A DNA stretch of 25,484 nt from Octopus sinensis (lineage: Eukaryota): the NCBI RefSeq assembly GCF_006345805.1, contig NW_021836072.1:1-25484 (forward strand), read 5' to 3'. Below are positions 22,032 through 25,484 of the stretch, piece after piece. Within the stretch, counting starts at the first letter, position 1, and each line of letters opens with the position of its first letter. The notes below the pieces were generated by a model that worked only from the letters and a program-made list of their open reading frames with translations, was not told the origin of the DNA and ran no database searches. The position numbers and the translations under genes were made by a program.

Positions 22032-22839
22032 GTATGTATGTATGTATGTATGTATGTATGTATGATGTATGTATGTATGTATGTATGTATGTATGTAGAG
22101 TAGAATGAGAGAGGCAGATTAAATGTGTATATATATACATACGTATGCACGTATACACACACATATATATGTATAATCTGTCACTGATTTTCTCTTTATA
22201 TCTTTATATCTCGGTGTATACCTACGTATGTATATATGTGAGTGTATGTCCTTGTCCGAGTTTTTGTTTGAGTGCTTGTGTGTGTCTGTGAAGGCGTCTA
22301 TTTATGTCTATATATATACAATAGAACTGGTTTTCCCATTGTGACAATAAAAACCACAAATAATTAGAAAAGTCGAAGGTAAAACTGTTGATTATTAAAT
22401 ATTTATTTCTGGAACACAGACGGAATTACAATTAGGTATATTTCTTGAAATAAAACTCTTGGGACTATTGTTGGGAAATAGTGTTAAATTTGTTTACGTA
22501 TAATAAAGATAGATGAATTAAAAGAAGTAGGGGAAAAAGAGAAATATTTGAAAAAAGATGTTACAATTAAATGTCAAAGGGTAAAATTGGTGGAATAAAA
22601 CCGTGAAGTTCTATTTTGGGATAGAATGAGTTAGAAAGGTTGTCGATTGAAATTCCGATGGCCGATCACAAAGTGAATCTCATTTATAGAAAATTAGAGG
22701 AATATAAAACGTACTTTTTTGTTCAAATGTGAATGAAATTTATGGTTTATGTGTGATCTGAAGTGTCGTTTTATTATTTGAAATGGTGAGGTGCAATTTC
22801 GGGTCTCTCTCTCTTTCTCTCTTTCTTTCTTTCGCCCAC

Positions 22840-23270
22840 ATACACACGCGCGCCCGTCTGTACACGCGCATACGCACGGGCAGACAAGCACACATACGCA
22901 GGGACGCAGACACATGCACACGCACGGACGGACGCACACACATGAACACGCACGCACACACACTCATACACACACGTACGCACAGACACATGTAAGCACG
23001 CATAACCAAGCTCGCATGTACACACACACACTCACACACACGCTCGCACGCACACACGCACACCTAAACATATAGACGTGCACACACAGACGAACAAACA
23101 GACACACATACACACACGCACGCGCACACAAACACACACTGACACCCACACATACGCACAGACACGCACGCACTCGCGCGGACACACAGACACACACACG
23201 CACCCACGAACATTCACAGACGCACCCACGCACACAAACACACACATGCACACACACACACACACACACG
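22840..23270. repeat. Degenerate (CA/CG)n low-complexity tract
   Basis: Direct reading; source of the HT/CV-repeat ORFs. Confidence 0.9.
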
Positions 23271-24193
23271 TTTATACGCCAATTCACATTCGCCTTTGTA
23301 TCTCGAAAACAATATTGTTTCGGTTTCAGTTGTCAAATCGAGGGTGAAACATACAGTTCTATGGAGTTGATGGAAAAAGAGGGAAAAATTGAAAGAAGAG
23401 AGAGGGGAGAGAGAAAGAGAAGAGATATAGACAGAGAGGAAGATAAAGTGAATATGGAGAGCAAAGGAGAACAGAAGGCAGATAATGAGTTGAGTGGAAA
23501 CAAAGAAAGATAAGGAGGAGAAAGAAGCAGATAGAAGGTATGAAATAAATGGGAGAGAGAGAAAGAGAAGACGGAGTGATGGAAAGCGTGAATAGAAGAG
23601 AAAATAAACTCTCTCTGTCGTGGCGGTTATATGTGACAATTTCTAATTACTTTAAATTACCTGGGAAGCAGAGGTGTGAAATCATTGGCGGTACCTAATT
23701 GAAGGCAAAACAAATAAACAAGAACAAAGAAATAAAAAGATGCAATCCAACACCTGCACGCCATGACCACCATGCCTAGGGATCCAGGGTGTAAATAAAC
23801 ACGTGGAGCCTCGGTACGATTGCTAAATCTCCCAAGAATAACACTCAAGTCACCCTCACGGATATACTACATGACAGAAAATGTGGCCATGAATTCCCGG
23901 ACGTGTGAAAAAGACGGAATGGTCACAAGTGGAATACGCGTTATTTCCCGTTGCTCCAGCTGGCAAAAGTGAGTTGTATCTGTAATTCAAAAGGGCTGGA
24001 CATTTCATATTCTGTGTCATGCTGAATCATCCTGAGAATCTAGGTTATGTTGTATGCGTGCACGAAAAAAAAGGGGCCAATTGCATATGTAATAAAATAA
24101 GCACGCACGCACGCACACGCACGAACGCACACGCATGCACACGCACGCACACACACATACGCACGGACACATGTAATCACGCATAATCCATAA

Positions 24194-24271
24194 CTGGCAC
24201 TCCGTCGGTTACGAAGATGAGTTTTCTAGTTGGCCCTATCAACGAAACAGCCTGCTCGTAAAATGAACGTG
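24194..24271 (-). mobile_element. SINE 3' tail fragment (..GTAACCGACGGAGTGCCA)
   Basis: Minus strand CACGTTCATTTTACGAGCAGGCTGTTTCGTTGAT..CTTCGTAACCGACGGAGTGCCAG, which I recall as the tail of an octopus SINE. A possible middle fragment lies on the plus strand at ~23985-24064. Confidence 0.5.
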
Positions 24272-25049
24272 TAGTGGTTCTCATCCACGGGTTCATATTG
24301 TCTCCAAGGCTCCATATAAGAGTTTTGGGATACCACACAACAAAATAGAAAATTGGGGATCCACAATTGTATTTTAAGATCCCCTGAATAGATTTTGCTT
24401 TAGATGTATGTATTGGTATGTTTTTCAAGAAACAGCTGGGTTTCTTTCTCTAACATTTTACATAGTTCAACCTACATAAGTTAGTGTATGATGAACAAAA
24501 CAGGAATTTTGAAAGAGGTTTCTGTAAAACTAGTTTTTAAGCATAAAATTGCAATGGGAGTTCACCTAAATAAAATAATAATCGAAGGGGTCCAGAGATT
24601 AAAAATGGATGAGAACCCTTGCTTTGATGTATGTATTGGTATGTATTGCAAGAAACAGCTGGGTTTCTTTCTCTTACGTTTTACATCGTTCAACCTACAC
24701 AATTGAATGGGTGAAAAAACAAAATAAGAATTCTGAAACCAGTTTCTATAAAACTAGTTTTTAATCGAATGGCTATAGGGGTCCACTAGAATAAAATAGT
24801 AATGAAAGGGGTCCATAGATAAAACTGGTTGAGAAACGCCTGCTTTAGATATCTGTATTGCGAGGTTTCTTTTTCTAACATTTTCCATAGTTCAACCTAC
24901 ACAAGTTAATGCGAGAAAAACAAATTGAGAATTTTGATAGAAATTTCTATAAAACTAGTTTTTAAACAGCGAATGGCTATGGGGCCCCACAAGAATAAAA
25001 TGGTAAACAAAGAGTTCCTGGGATAAAAATAATGGGTTGAGAAACCCTG
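24272..25049 (+). mobile_element. hAT/Charlie-like MITE (~350 bp, 24272-24621) plus two tandem copies of its right two-thirds
   Basis: Left TIR TAGTGGTTCTCATCC (24272-24286). Right-TIR-like GGATGAGAACCCTTG (24607-24621), GGTTGAGAAACGCCTG (24827-24842) and GGTTGAGAAACCCTG (25035-25049). Units start at 24398, 24622 and 24843. No TSD found. Confidence 0.65.
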
Positions 25050-25083
25050 GTATTAATAGTAATCAGTTAGACGGTATACATCT

Positions 25084-25310
25084 GCGAACTGGCAGAACCG
25101 TTAGCACGCCGGGTGAAATGCGTAGCCGTATTTCGTCTGCCGCTACGTTCTGAGTTCAAATTCCGCCGTGGTCGACTTTGCCTTTCATCCTTTCGGGGTC
25201 GATAAATTAAGTCCCAGTTACGCACTGGGGTCGATATAATCGACTTAATCCGTGTGTCTGTCCTTGTTTGTCCGCTCTGTGTTTATCCCCTTGTGGGTAG
25301 TAAAGAAATA
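25084..25310 (+). mobile_element. SINE copy, full length
   Basis: A-box TGGCAGAACCGTTAG, B-box GAGTTCAAATTCC, central GCCTTTCATCCTTTCGGGGTCGATAAATTAAG, end GTAAAGAAATA. Confidence 0.9.
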
Positions 25311-25312
25311 GA

Positions 25313-25484
25313 TATTTCGTCTGCCGTTACGTTCTGAGTTCAAATTCCGCCGAGGTCGACTTTGCCTTTCATCCTTTCGGGGTCGATAAATTAAGTACCA
25401 GTTAAGCACTGGGGTCGATATAATCGATTTAATCCGTTTCTCTGTCCTTGTTTGTCCTCTCTTTGATTAGCCCCTTGTGGGTAG
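25313..25484 (+). mobile_element. Second, head-less SINE unit in tandem (runs off the window end)
   Basis: Repeats 25129 onward with a 184-bp period. Confidence 0.9.

Noticed and set aside
23869-23976. Short ORF MTENVAMNSRTCEKDG.. ending at a GTGAGT donor-like site (similar donor-like site near 8510)
   Set aside because: No recognisable homology or supporting exon chain; cannot be supported without transcript data.
24398-25049. CRISPR-like or coding repeat (ORF 24488..24706)
   Set aside because: Long ~220-bp units with no repeat-spacer structure in eukaryotic DNA; explained by MITE duplication.

Overview
AT-rich, microsatellite-dense eukaryotic intergenic or intronic DNA. The SINE and MITE families look like those I recall from octopus genomes, so the host is an inference. 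No host protein-coding gene is supported, and most ORFs in the track are translations of simple repeats. The centre holds a near full-length minus-strand Penelope-like retroelement (PLE, ~12791-17837). It has one frameshifted N-terminal domain/RT/Cys-linker/GIY-YIG ORF of Neptune type and two ~500-bp direct terminal repeats (pLTRs), each carrying a minimal hammerhead ribozyme (HHR). It is inserted in a (TA)n tract and enclosed by a ~593-bp inverted duplication of flanking DNA (11982-12574 / 17835-18426). Two short elements homologous to the pLTR end (8915-9121, 11280-11418) carry divergent but covarying HHRs and also end in (TA)n, and a further HHR candidate lies at 5970-6014. Other content: a decayed CR1/Jockey-group LINE RT fragment, the 3' end of a restriction-like-endonuclease (RLE) LINE inside a (CATA)n array, about a dozen tRNA-derived SINE copies or fragments, a hAT-like MITE with a triplicated right end, and a ~140-bp palindrome. 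All alignments and translations were done by eye, so boundaries are approximate.
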